Origin: Planctomycetota bacterium
Lineage (GTDB): Bacteria > Planctomycetota > Phycisphaerae > Sedimentisphaerales > Anaerobacaceae
Direction of reading: 5' to 3'
Length of the DNA: 35,143 bases
Assembly (NCBI GenBank): GCA_022567055.1
Contig: JADFHU010000001.1
Coordinates: forward strand, 1-35,143
Positions within the stretch are counted from its first letter, which is position 1, and each line of letters begins with the position of its first letter. Below are positions 24,533 through 34,373 of this stretch, in pieces. A program made the translations under genes and the position numbers. A model generated the notes under the pieces. It was not told the DNA's origin, did no database searches, and saw only the letters and a program-made list of their open reading frames with translations.

Positions 24533-24558
24533 TCCTCTCCTGCCGCTATCACTCTTGG

Positions 24559-24583
24559 CCGGCCATCCGCAAGGGATGGCCGG
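24559..24583. terminator. GC-rich hairpin between convergent genes (possible bidirectional terminator, no strong U-tract)
   Basis: CCGGCCATCC-GCAAG-GGATGGCCGG is a 10-bp perfect stem. It lies between the stops at 24532 (+) and 24625 (-). Confidence 0.45.
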
Positions 24584-24624
24584 AAATCAAGGTATGACCT
24601 CGGTTCTCTCGTTTGGCGGCAAGC

Positions 24625-25920
24625 CTAACCGGCTTTCTCCAGACAGTAGAGGAACCGGTCCGATCGCAGGAAGAGGCGTCCATCGCTGATGGCAGGTGAG
24701 GCGTTGAATTCGCTGTCGTCGGACGCAAAGGTGTTGTGGGCCAGGACTTTGAATCTCGGCTCGGCCGCTAGCACGAAGGTGCCGCTGGTCCGAGTCACGG
24801 CGTAGAGTTTCTGATCGGCTGCCACCACGGAGGCGTAAGCCGCGAATCGCCCCGACACCGGCAATTGTTCGCTGTAACGCAGTTCACCCGTCTTGGCATC
24901 CATGCAGTAGGCTTTTCCGGATCCATCAACCCAGTAGAGCAGGCCTTTCAGGAGGACGGGAGAGGGAGGACCTGTCGTCTCGCTTCGGGTCCATTCGACA
25001 TGCGTGTCAGTGACATCCCCCTTGCCGCCGGCTCGGACCGCCAATGAACCTGAGCCCTGCGGTCCGCCTCCATAGACATAGGCTGTACCCTTATTTGCTA
25101 CCGGGCTGGCCGTTATGACGGTACTGTGCGTCGTCCTGACCGACCAGAGCTTCTTGCCCGTCTCCGGATTCAGGCCCCACACCTGCCCCGGCATCGGCAC
25201 GACCAGTTCCATCTGTCCATTGCCGGGGTCCACCAACACGGGTGTGCTGAAGGAGAGGCCCGCTTCAGAGAGATCGGCCTGCCAGATCAGTTTACCGGTT
25301 CCCTTGCTCAAGCCAACGAGGGTCTTGCTCTCGTCCCAGGCATTGACCAGGAGCAAGTCCTTGTACAGGATCGGACTTGCCGCGGACCCCCAGTGCATTT
25401 TGTCGCTGCCCGTGCCGACTGAGGTCTGCCATGCTCGATTTCCCTCCAAATCGAAGGCGATGACCCCTGTCTTTCCAAACAGCACGTACACCAGCCGACC
25501 GTCGGTCACCGGCGTTTGACTGGCGTATCCATTTTCTCGCATCATCCCCTTGTAGGGCTCTTCCGGCAGCACGGCCCCGACGGTCTTGTTCCATAGCATT
25601 TTCCCGTCGGAGGCCCGGGCACAGATGAGATGACGTTGCAGTTGGCTCTGATCGCCCGGGTCGTCTCGATCCAGGCCGTATCCCGAGTAGCAGGTCAGGA
25701 AGATCCGACCGCCCCAGAGGATGGGACTGGAAGCGCCCGCTCCGGGTAGAGGCGTTTTCCACGCCAGGTTCTCGGTCTCGCTCCAGGTGGCGGGCAGGCC
25801 CGTCTCGTCGCTGACGCCGGTACCATTCGGGCCGCGAAATCTTGTCCATTCGCCTGCCCAGGCATTGGCGAGTAACACGCCTGCCAGCACTACGCTCTGC
25901 AAGACCCTTCTGTAATCCAT
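24625..25920 (-). CDS. PQQ-like beta-propeller repeat protein (BamB-like fold), secreted
   Basis: Start ATG 25920 has GGAGG 7 nt upstream. Signal peptide MDYRRVLQSVVLAGVLLANAWA. The WTRFRGPNGTGVS...LAWKTPLPGAGASSPI pattern repeats. Confidence 0.75.
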   Translation of the reverse strand: MDYRRVLQSVVLAGVLLANAWAGEWTRFRGPNGTGVSDETGLPATWSETENLAWKTPLPGAGASSPILWGGRIFLTCYSGYGLDRDDPGDQSQLQRHLICARASDGKMLWNKTVGAVLPEEPYKGMMRENGYASQTPVTDGRLVYVLFGKTGVIAFDLEGNRAWQTSVGTGSDKMHWGSAASPILYKDLLLVNAWDESKTLVGLSKGTGKLIWQADLSEAGLSFSTPVLVDPGNGQMELVVPMPGQVWGLNPETGKKLWSVRTTHSTVITASPVANKGTAYVYGGGPQGSGSLAVRAGGKGDVTDTHVEWTRSETTGPPSPVLLKGLLYWVDGSGKAYCMDAKTGELRYSEQLPVSGRFAAYASVVAADQKLYAVTRTSGTFVLAAEPRFKVLAHNTFASDDSEFNASPAISDGRLFLRSDRFLYCLEKAG

Positions 25921-26194
25921 GTTGTTGCCTCCGTTTGCGTTTGAGCCTCGAGCCTTTCGGGACTCAAACATGCCAAAATAGGGATTGTTCGACCAAGTGG
26001 CCTGTCCTGAATGACCGGGCCACCTGCCGTCAGAGACTATCTACTTCTCCTTCATCCTCTTGGTTCCCCAGAAAACACCGCGGACCCCAAAGGAAATAGG
26101 TAGTATGATGCCGTGCAATGGCGTAGAATCTTAGACAAGTCAGTCGTCTGAATGACAACCGAACCTTTCCTTAAATCTCTTGGGAGGCGTCATC

Positions 26195-27232
26195 ATGTCC
26201 AGGCCACAGGATGCCAAGCCGTTTTCGCACAAAGACCCCTCATCGCTCGATCGACGCGACTTTCTGCAAATATCGCTGGGATCGGTGGCGGTCGCCTCGG
26301 TGGGCGCCCTGCCCACTTGGGCGGATTCCCCTGTTTCGACTCCGACCTCGGAAACGCTGGTCGCCACCCTCTACCGATCGCTGACCGAGAAGCAACGGGA
26401 ACACATCACCTTTGCCTTCGATCATCCACTCCGCCAGAAGGTCGACAACAACTGGCACATCACCAAGTACCACAACAAGGATCTGTTCACCCCTGATCAG
26501 CAAGCCATGGTTCGTGAGATCTTCCTGGGGTTGCACAGCGAGCAATACGCGCAGAGCGTGCTTGGACAGGTCAGCCACGACTCGGGTGGGCAGGGTCTGG
26601 ACGACTGCGCGGTCGCCTTCTTCGGCACACCGGGAAAAGGCGAGGGCCGCTTCGAATTCGTTCTCACCGGGCGCCATGTCACGCGACGCTGTGATGGGGA
26701 TTCGGTCGAGGGGGTGGCGTTTGGCGGCCCAATATTTTACGGCCATGCCGCCGCAAGCTTCACTGAAAAACCAGATCATCCCGGCAACATCTATTGGTAT
26801 CAGGCCGTCCGAGCCAATGAAGTCTTTCAGATGCTCGACGGCAAGCAGAGGAAGCAAGCACTGATCAAGAAGGCATCGCCTAAGGAACGTGGCACTGCCA
26901 CCGTCAAACTGTCGGGTCGCACCGAAGGTCTCGCGGGGATTCCCGTTGGCGAGCTGAGCCCAGACCAGAAGGCCGAGACGCGTAAGGTGATCGCGGATGT
27001 GTTGGCGCCCTACCGGCAGCGTGATGTCGACGAAACCCTCAAATTGATCGACCGAGCGGGCTTTGATGAGCTTCACATGGCTTTCTACCAGAAGGACGAC
27101 CTTGGCGATGATGGCGTTTGGGATATCTGGCGAATTGAGGGGCCCACTGCCATCATGTACTTCCGCGGCGCACCCCATGTCCATGCCTGGATACATGTGA
27201 AGGATAGACCGACAGACAAAGTCACTACTTAG
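26195..27232 (+). CDS. Tat-signal DUF3500-like protein
   Basis: GGGAGG, 7 nt, then ATG. RRDFLQISLGSVAVASVGALPTWA signal, then LTEKQREHITFAFDHPLRQKVDNNWH, as I recall DUF3500 N-terminal regions. Confidence 0.55.
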   Translation: MSRPQDAKPFSHKDPSSLDRRDFLQISLGSVAVASVGALPTWADSPVSTPTSETLVATLYRSLTEKQREHITFAFDHPLRQKVDNNWHITKYHNKDLFTPDQQAMVREIFLGLHSEQYAQSVLGQVSHDSGGQGLDDCAVAFFGTPGKGEGRFEFVLTGRHVTRRCDGDSVEGVAFGGPIFYGHAAASFTEKPDHPGNIYWYQAVRANEVFQMLDGKQRKQALIKKASPKERGTATVKLSGRTEGLAGIPVGELSPDQKAETRKVIADVLAPYRQRDVDETLKLIDRAGFDELHMAFYQKDDLGDDGVWDIWRIEGPTAIMYFRGAPHVHAWIHVKDRPTDKVTT

Positions 27233-27301
27233 AGATCTGATGAATTCGAGAGAAACGGTATCCCACCGTCGACCGCAATGGTTTTTGAAAGGAGACAACT
27301 C

Positions 27302-28405
27302 ATGATGAGAAAAACGTTCCTACTGCTGGCTGGTGTTGGCTGTCTGGGTCTGTTGGCATGTTCGGCAACGGCCGGCGACTTCAAGGCCAGCATGAAGGCT
27401 GGTACGCCGGACCTCCAATCCATCGGCCCCATCGCCTTCGGTCCCGATGGGGTCCTGTTCCTGAGTGACCCCAAGGGCGCCGCCATCTTCGCCATTGACT
27501 CGGGTGATGACGAGGCCGTGACCCACGCCAAGGGTCTCGACTTGGCCGATGTCGACGGGAAAGTGGCCGCCCTATTGGGCACCACCGCGGACAAAATCCT
27601 CATCAACGACATGGCCGTTAACCCCCTTTCCGGCAAGGTGTACTTCTCGGTCTCCCGAGGTCTCGGTCCCGACGCCACTCCGGTCGTGATGCGGGTGCTG
27701 CGATCCGGAAAGGTCGAGCAGGTCAGCCTGGAGGGGATTCATTTCTCCAAGGCCGAATTGCCCAATCCGCCCAAGTCAGAGATGACCCGACGGGGGGACA
27801 AGAGACTCGAGTCCATCACGGACATCGCCTATCTGCACGGCCGCGTGTTCATCGCCGGACTCTCCAATGAAGAGTTTGCCTCGAAACTCCGATCGATTCA
27901 GTTTCCCTTCGCCGGCGTCGGCGGCGGCACGAGCATCGAGATCTTCCACTCCGCGCACGGACGGTACGAGACCCGTTCGCCGGTAAGAACCTTTGCAGAC
28001 TACCAGATTGGCGACGAGGCCTATCTGCTGGCGGCCTACACCTGCACGCCGCTGGTCAAGATCCCCATCGACAAGCTCGAGTCCGGCGAGAAAATCATCG
28101 GCACTACGGTCGCTGAATTGGGCAATCGAAATCGACCCCTTGACATGTTCGTCTACAGCAAAGGGGGCAAGGACTATATCCTGATGGCCAACTCGAGTCG
28201 CGGCATGATGAAGATCACCACCGAGAATCTTGGCACGATAGCGGGGCTCACCGAGAGAGTTTCCGGAACAGCCGGTCTGACCTATGAGACGCTGGCTGGG
28301 CGGGATTCCGTGATGCAACTGGATCGCCTGGATGAGAAGAGGGCCTTGATTCTGGTGAAGGCAGATGAGGGTCCATTGAATCTCGAGACCATGGCTCTGC
28401 CCTGA
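27302..28405 (+). CDS. Hypothetical secreted protein (beta-propeller-like guess)
   Basis: GGAG, 7 nt, then ATG. Signal peptide MMRKTFLLLAGVGCLGLLACSATA. Coding-like composition. No family recognised. Confidence 0.6.
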   Translation: MMRKTFLLLAGVGCLGLLACSATAGDFKASMKAGTPDLQSIGPIAFGPDGVLFLSDPKGAAIFAIDSGDDEAVTHAKGLDLADVDGKVAALLGTTADKILINDMAVNPLSGKVYFSVSRGLGPDATPVVMRVLRSGKVEQVSLEGIHFSKAELPNPPKSEMTRRGDKRLESITDIAYLHGRVFIAGLSNEEFASKLRSIQFPFAGVGGGTSIEIFHSAHGRYETRSPVRTFADYQIGDEAYLLAAYTCTPLVKIPIDKLESGEKIIGTTVAELGNRNRPLDMFVYSKGGKDYILMANSSRGMMKITTENLGTIAGLTERVSGTAGLTYETLAGRDSVMQLDRLDEKRALILVKADEGPLNLETMALP

Positions 28406-29688
28406 TGCATATGTCTCGGCGATGTCCGTGGGCGTCGCGTTGCGCTGCATGTGCATGCGGTATCCCCGGGCTCTGGCTGTTAGGATGCTGCGCGCTCGCC
28501 TGGTGCCCACGCTGGGCGCTGGCGGGCCAGGTATCTCAATCCGAACTGTCGCCAGAGTCGCCTGGAATAGTTTGGCGCGAGACGACCGGGCGAGAGGCGC
28601 CCCGCGTCTTTGAGGTCGTCGGATTGGGTGGCCCGGTTTTGGAGGCCCTGGGCCGCGCCAGCCTCTCGAGTGCGGAGTGGACCCGGCTCTTTGCTGTCTA
28701 TGCCGGTGTTTCTCCCGCCGAGGCACCGAGCGACACTCCGGCTATGCTGGGACGTCACCTCATCGTCGGTGATCGTCTCCGCTTCCAACCGCGATTTGCG
28801 GTCGACGTCGGTGTTCCCTATATGGCAATCCTGGCGTTGCGCTACCTGCCGGCGCGCGTGGTCTCGTCCTTACCTGATACATTCGCCCGCCTGCAGGGCA
28901 CCGACAGCATCGCCGCCGAGTTTGCTCTCAGCCCCGACAGACAGCAGGTTGGCACCCGCCTCACGCAGATCTATCCCAGTGGCGATGTACTGCCGGAGAA
29001 CTTGCTCAAGATATACCTACACTTCTCGGCCCCGATGAGTCGAGGAGAGTCATACCGCCACATTCGCCTGGTGCATGAGAGTGGTCGGCTAGTGGATCTG
29101 CCTTTTTTAGAACTTGACGAGGAGCTTTGGGATCGACGGCAGCAGCGCTTGACCCTGCTGCTCGATCCGGGACGCATCAAAGTCGGCCTGACGCCCCGCG
29201 AAGAGGTAGGGGCCATTCTTGAACCGGGCCAGCGCTATACCCTGCACGTTGATGGCGCCTGGCTGGACGCCCAGGGACATTCCCTGGTACGTTCTGTCGA
29301 GAAGGCCTTCCGTGTCACGGCTCGCGATGCGCGATCCCCGGATCCCCGGCATTGGCGGCTGAGCCCGCCGCCGGCCGGCGGTCGGGAGCCCTTGTCAGTG
29401 ACCTTTGCGGAATCCCTCGATCATGCCCTGCTGTCACGACTTCTCACCATACGCGATGGGGCCGACCGATTGGTACCGGGGGAGGGCAGGGTGACCGACC
29501 TGGAGAGGGGCTGGCAGTTCACTCCCGCACAGCCCTGGAGACCGGGTCACTATTCGCTAGAGGCAGATCCCGTCCTGGAGGATTTGGCGGGAAACTCCAT
29601 CGGTCGTCCCTTCGAGGTGGACTTAAAGGCGGTGGAAACTCGGCCTGGCCCGGTGTCCGCGTCAGCCATCCCATTCGTCATTCATTGA
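28405..29688 (+). CDS. Hypothetical exported protein, translationally coupled to the upstream gene
   Basis: TGATG stop/start overlap at 28403-28407. 427 aa. No family recognised. Confidence 0.55.
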   Translation: MHMSRRCPWASRCAACACGIPGLWLLGCCALAWCPRWALAGQVSQSELSPESPGIVWRETTGREAPRVFEVVGLGGPVLEALGRASLSSAEWTRLFAVYAGVSPAEAPSDTPAMLGRHLIVGDRLRFQPRFAVDVGVPYMAILALRYLPARVVSSLPDTFARLQGTDSIAAEFALSPDRQQVGTRLTQIYPSGDVLPENLLKIYLHFSAPMSRGESYRHIRLVHESGRLVDLPFLELDEELWDRRQQRLTLLLDPGRIKVGLTPREEVGAILEPGQRYTLHVDGAWLDAQGHSLVRSVEKAFRVTARDARSPDPRHWRLSPPPAGGREPLSVTFAESLDHALLSRLLTIRDGADRLVPGEGRVTDLERGWQFTPAQPWRPGHYSLEADPVLEDLAGNSIGRPFEVDLKAVETRPGPVSASAIPFVIH

Positions 29689-29713
29689 ATGACTGCCGAT
29701 GAAGGGGCTTTAT

Positions 29714-29837
29714 AAAGGCTCTGTCTGGAAACTCGATCTGGCTTCCCTTCGGATCTGCCCTGGGCCATGAGTTCGGGCCGAATGGGGCCTCGGGGTCGAA
29801 GACGAGCCGACCGACGGAGGTTTCAGACAGAGCCTAG
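29714..29837 (-). repeat. Rod-repeat chimeric variant (124 bp): subfamily A arms with an unrelated core
   Basis: AAAGGCTCTGTCTGGAAACTCGATCTGGCTTC ... CCGACCGACGGAGGTTTCAGACAGAGCCTAG. The interior lacks the GGCGAAGCAGG block. Its terminal CTA supplies the stop codon of the adjacent pseudogene. Confidence 0.8.
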
Positions 29838-31177
29838 TCAAACAGCCCTGGATTGTCGGTGATGGCGACCAGATCGATGTGCATGGGTTTCCGCGGCGTG
29901 AGCTTCAAGACATGTGCGCCTGCAGTGAGTTCGAATGCCTGGAGACAGATCAGCGACATCTTGCTGTTGTGAGCGGCCATGGACCAGGCCCACGACGCAG
30001 CGCTTCGCAAATGCGCCCTGTCGAGCGGTCCGTCGTCCATACCGAAGTACACGGAATCGTGAGTACCCATCGCTTCGTCCGACTTGACGCCTTTGCCCTG
30101 GCCCAGATTCGTATGGTCCCAGGCAATGTCCCTATGCCGAATCTTTACCCGGCGTGGGTACGCCACTTCCGTGATCCAGTCACCGCATATCTTGAAGTGA
30201 ATGGCGTCATCCATGGTGGCCTCGATGGTGCAGTTCTGAATCGCCGGTTGCGATTCATTGCATTTGACGTGAATACCATCGCTTCAACCAGCCACGAGTC
30301 GATCGTCGCGTCGCCGAATCTCCAGACCTCGTATCACGAGGTCGTAGCAGCCGCGCGCATTCACGGTCAACCCAGGGGACGCGTAGGAGCGGATATTCTC
30401 CAAAACCACATCGTTCGAATGAACAATCGCAATACTTGGGTCTGCCGTGGTGATGTACTCGTTCTTGCGCTCGAGGTCCCGCGTATCGGTGTTTCTCAGT
30501 CCTGTGCGCGACCCCCCAGTGACTCTTCATGGCGAAGTAGTCACCGACGCTGGCTTCGCTGAATCGGTGTCCGCGATACGACACGCGAAAACGGCCATTC
30601 CCCATGACCACTATCCCGCTGACACGAGAATGGGCGTGATAGAATTTACGGTTCTCATGATTGAACGTGACACTTTCTTCGTTTCGCCCATTCTTGTAGA
30701 GCGAGTCGTTGCCCTCGATGGGGTGCACGTGACCCGGATGGGGTTCAAACTCGAGGGTGCTTCGCTCGTTATCGATCTTGGTGATGGTCCCTTGCACGTA
30801 CGGCACGGGACGGTAATCGATCCGCAGGTCACGGAGCAGGACATCGCGGGACCGATAGACAACCAGGGCACGATTGGGTGGATGGACGACCAGCATGGCG
30901 TCTCGTCCGTCAACCGTGACATGCGCTGTTCATACAACATCAGGCGGCCATTGGCCTCGCCGTGCGGAGCAACGTAGTAAGTCTTCTCCGTCTCGAAGAC
31001 AATCGCGCATGGCTTGTCTGCTCTACTGGCTGCCGCAAAGACTTGCCGGAGGGCGGGCCCGTCGTCGTGAACGCCGTCTCCTATGGCACCGAAATCCTTG
31101 ACATGCAACTCATCGGCCGACACTCCTGTAGCCATCAGGAACGGGACGATGGCCAGGTGCCACGCACAAATCCTCAT
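29834..31177 (-). pseudogene. Disrupted gene for a secreted pectate-lyase-fold (right-handed beta-helix) hydrolase
   Basis: N-terminus MRICAWHLAIVPFLMATGVSADELHVKDFGAIGDGVHDDGPALRQ has AAGGAG upstream. The reading frame breaks near 30922-30933. It breaks again at a C6/G6 run (30512-30517). An in-frame TGA sits at 30284-30286 (LVAG*SDGIHVKCNES). Confidence 0.8.
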
Positions 31178-32057
31178 CGAGATTCTCCTTTCAATGTATT
31201 CGATGAGTATTTGGATGTGTATTGTAAGGTCTGTGGCCGTAGGTCTCAAATGTCATGCCGGTCTCTGAGACCAGTAACGGAAATCCGGCCGATATTCGCC
31301 GCACATTCCGCAGCTTGGGCACGGTCTGGAATTGACTCACTTGGGTACCTAGATCTCCGGACCCTGGACCTCGGTGGCTCCGGCAAAACGACCCGACTGA
31401 CCTTTTCAATGAGAATCCGGAGTTCAAGTGCACCCAGGGCGTGGGCGTGATCAGCGATGGCGGCAGGTCCATGGCGTTTCAGATCTCAAAGACCACGGAC
31501 ATGACGGGATTCGGCGATGGCACTTGGATCTGGCTGGCCACATGATCGTCCACGGAATCGAGTGAGGCATGCGGTATCGCTCGTCGTGACGGGCCTGCGG
31601 CCCTCTCCACCTGGGCGGAGACCTCAATCGCGGCCCCATTGGTACTCCGGACAAGTGTTCTGTTCACATCTTGCCTTGTATTGCTTGTCAGTCCGTATCT
31701 GATTTGGTAAAATGCCGCCTTCACCTGGACTGATGGGGTATTCCTCCTGAATTCGGGACTGTCCAATTGGCCATAATTTGAGATAGTATCCTTAGTTGGT
31801 ACGAGACAGAGGTCGTTATTCGAATCAGCGGGACGATGCACGAATTATCCACTGAAACCACGCTTCTCTCGGCGGAGCTAACAACGCCCGGTTCTGTCAT
31901 TGATTTCGATCAGTCGGCGCGTATTCTCTATTAAAGGCAAATATGTTTAATGGAACTTGTTTGCCATGCGTCTATAGCGACAGCGCCGATACCGGCCTAG
32001 CACTGGAACGACATGACGGATATTGGGATTCTATCAGTGGATTGATGGGAGACATGG

Positions 32058-33431
32058 ATGCTATTGAGTGAACATGAGATTCGTATACCTAAACTCTGCG
32101 GGCACACTGGATTACTGCAACACCTAGCCAAGGCAGTGCAAGACCAAATGGCCGAAGACTCGGTTCCTGTTCGCATTGCTGTCACAAAAGCCGACACAGA
32201 TGAATACGTGCTAGAGCTGGGCACGCTGTCCGGACTCGCCGAGAGTTCATTCTATCCGACCTGTTCCATTTTCGACTCTGCTAGGCGTCAGTACGAACAT
32301 ACCGACCAGTTCAATGCAGTACTGGTAATACCGACCGGAATTGGCGCTGAATTGGGCGGGCACTCCGGCGATGCCGGTCCGGTGGCTCGTCTCGTTGCCC
32401 AGGCCTGCGACACACTAATCACACATCCCAATGTCGTAAATGCATCGGATATCAACGAACTACCCAGGAACGGACTTTACGTCGAGGGTAGTGTGATCTC
32501 GCGTTTTCTCCTGGGAAATGTCGGGTTGGGGCGCGTACGCAGCAATCGCGTGCTCATGGTGATGGATGAGCACGAGTATGCCTTCTTCCATGAAGCGGCT
32601 ATAAACTCAGTGTCAGCAGCGCGAGCCGCTTTAGGCATGGATTGCCCTTTGGTTATCAAGATGAAAGATAAACTCTTGATGCGGTCGCTGTATTCTCGGT
32701 CGGGGAGAGCCGCCGGCAGCATTGAGTTTCTGGAGAGGCTGTGCGAGATCCTGTACCGCTATCGGGACCAATATGATGCCGTGGCCTTGTCGTCGGTCAT
32801 TCAATTGCCCTCTCATTTTCACAGCGACTATTTCCGTGATGATCGCTATGACATGGTCAACCCCTGGGGAGGCGTGGAAGCCATGTTGACCCACGCGGTG
32901 TCCATGCTATTCAACGTCCCGTCTGCTCATTCTCCCATGATATCGTCAAAAGAGGTCCTTGATCTCGATGTCGGTATTGTGGATCCTCGGAAATCTGCAG
33001 AGACGGTTTCCACAACTTACCTTCATTGCATTTTGAAAGGCCTTCACCGGAGCCCGCGTCTGATTCCGAATGCACCCATTCATAGCAGTCCCGGTCTGTT
33101 GACCGTCGCCGACGTCTCTTGTCTCATTATCCCGGATGGTTGTATTGGACTGCCTACATTGGCGGCGTTGGAACAGAATATTCCGGTCATTGCCGTTCGG
33201 AATAAGAACTGCATGGGCCACACGTTGGCTGATCTGCCCTTTGGGAGAGGTCGGCTTTACACGGTGGACAATTATCTCGAGGCCGTGGGCGTTATGACCG
33301 CTTTGCGCAGTGGGGTCGCACTGGAGTCTGTGAGGCGACCTATGCCATCGACCCGGGTGATCACACAAGCAATCAAGACATTACCCGGTATGCCTGCAAA
33401 TAGACCGTCAACGAGCACAATCCACGATTAG
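32058..33431 (+). CDS. DUF3326-like protein with an extra roughly 85-aa N-terminal domain
   Basis: IPTGIGAELGGHSGDAGPVARLVAQACDTLITHPNVVNAS...LYVEGS matches my recollection of the DUF3326 signature (PTGIGAxIGGxAGDAxPVA...LITHPNV.NA). GGGAGA SD is 5 nt upstream. Confidence 0.55.
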   Translation: MLLSEHEIRIPKLCGHTGLLQHLAKAVQDQMAEDSVPVRIAVTKADTDEYVLELGTLSGLAESSFYPTCSIFDSARRQYEHTDQFNAVLVIPTGIGAELGGHSGDAGPVARLVAQACDTLITHPNVVNASDINELPRNGLYVEGSVISRFLLGNVGLGRVRSNRVLMVMDEHEYAFFHEAAINSVSAARAALGMDCPLVIKMKDKLLMRSLYSRSGRAAGSIEFLERLCEILYRYRDQYDAVALSSVIQLPSHFHSDYFRDDRYDMVNPWGGVEAMLTHAVSMLFNVPSAHSPMISSKEVLDLDVGIVDPRKSAETVSTTYLHCILKGLHRSPRLIPNAPIHSSPGLLTVADVSCLIIPDGCIGLPTLAALEQNIPVIAVRNKNCMGHTLADLPFGRGRLYTVDNYLEAVGVMTALRSGVALESVRRPMPSTRVITQAIKTLPGMPANRPSTSTIHD

Positions 33432-33459
33432 TCAGAAGTTACCTTAGAAGGGAAAATAC

Positions 33460-34332
33460 ATGATGGATCTGATGTGGATCGCCTACAGTACCGGCTATCT
33501 GGTATTTGCCGTTCTCTTCTTGTTGGCTGGTAAAACCTTTTTTGATATGGTGACACCGTATTCGGTAAGTGTTCAACTCACCGGCAAAGACAATGTGGCC
33601 GTGGGCATCCTGGTGGTGGGTTTTCTCATGGGGCTCACCTGCATCGTCTGTGGTGTCTTGGTGGGAGACGCACCGGAAGAGCCGTCCCTCGCAGTTTTTT
33701 GGGATGAACTCTGGGAGACGGGGCTCTACGGCATGGTGGGAATGGTCCTACTCTTTCTATCAGGCATCATAAACGACAAGGTCGTTCTACACAAATTCTC
33801 CAATCAGAAGGAGATCGTGGATCGGGGCAACGTTGCGGTTGCCGTGGTGATGGCTGCCACCTACATGGGTTCCGCACTGATTATTGCCGGTGGCATTCGA
33901 GGCTGCCGGGGGATCCCATCCATGCTCATTGCCTTTGGTTTCGGACAAATCGCGCTGATCCTGTTCGCCGGGCTCTATCAATTCATCACGAGTTATGACG
34001 ATCAAAAGGAACTGGGCGAGCGTCAGAATGTGGCAGCGGCTCTGGCATGGGGAGGAAACCTGGTTGGTTACGGGCTGATTCTCATGAAGGGACTCAGCAT
34101 GGACCAACACCTCTTAGACGAGTGGACATGGCAAGATCGGATGCTCCATGCCGGCTACTATGCCATCGTGGGGGCGGTCCTGCTGCTCATCACCCGACTG
34201 ATCAATGATGTCCTCTTCCTTCCCAAGGCCAAACTCAGCAAGGAAATCGTCGAGGATCGAAATCTCAACGCAGGGTTCATGGCAGCAGGCCTGGCCGTGA
34301 GCACGGGGGCCGTCATGGTGTTTTGTCTGTAG
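33460..34332 (+). CDS. Integral membrane protein with four DUF350 (YjfL-like) repeats
   Basis: Four repeats each contain a (D/R)xN(V/L)(A/N) motif between TM pairs: GKDNVAVGILVVG, DRGNVAVAVVMAA, ERQNVAAALAWGG, EDRNLNAGFMAAG. It is about twice the length of E. coli YjfL. Confidence 0.7.
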   Translation: MMDLMWIAYSTGYLVFAVLFLLAGKTFFDMVTPYSVSVQLTGKDNVAVGILVVGFLMGLTCIVCGVLVGDAPEEPSLAVFWDELWETGLYGMVGMVLLFLSGIINDKVVLHKFSNQKEIVDRGNVAVAVVMAATYMGSALIIAGGIRGCRGIPSMLIAFGFGQIALILFAGLYQFITSYDDQKELGERQNVAAALAWGGNLVGYGLILMKGLSMDQHLLDEWTWQDRMLHAGYYAIVGAVLLLITRLINDVLFLPKAKLSKEIVEDRNLNAGFMAAGLAVSTGAVMVFCL

Positions 34333-34373
34333 GTCGGACGAGAAACGTACCACGCACGAATAAGGAGTACACG

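Noticed and set aside
30284-30286. In-frame TGA read as selenocysteine or an alternative genetic code.
   Set aside because: TGA terminates other genes in this window, for example the pseudopilin paralogs (17683-17685, 18872-18874), moaB and the LysM gene. The same gene has two frameshifts. I saw no SECIS-like hairpin immediately downstream. A nonsense mutation in a pseudogene is the simpler reading.
31479-31841. A 120-aa minus-strand ORF (…YQIRYGLTSNTRQD…VMSVVFEI) as a real gene.
   Set aside because: It has no SD, signal peptide or recognisable family. It sits in a region with other gene decay. It is kept only as a possible relic in the findings.
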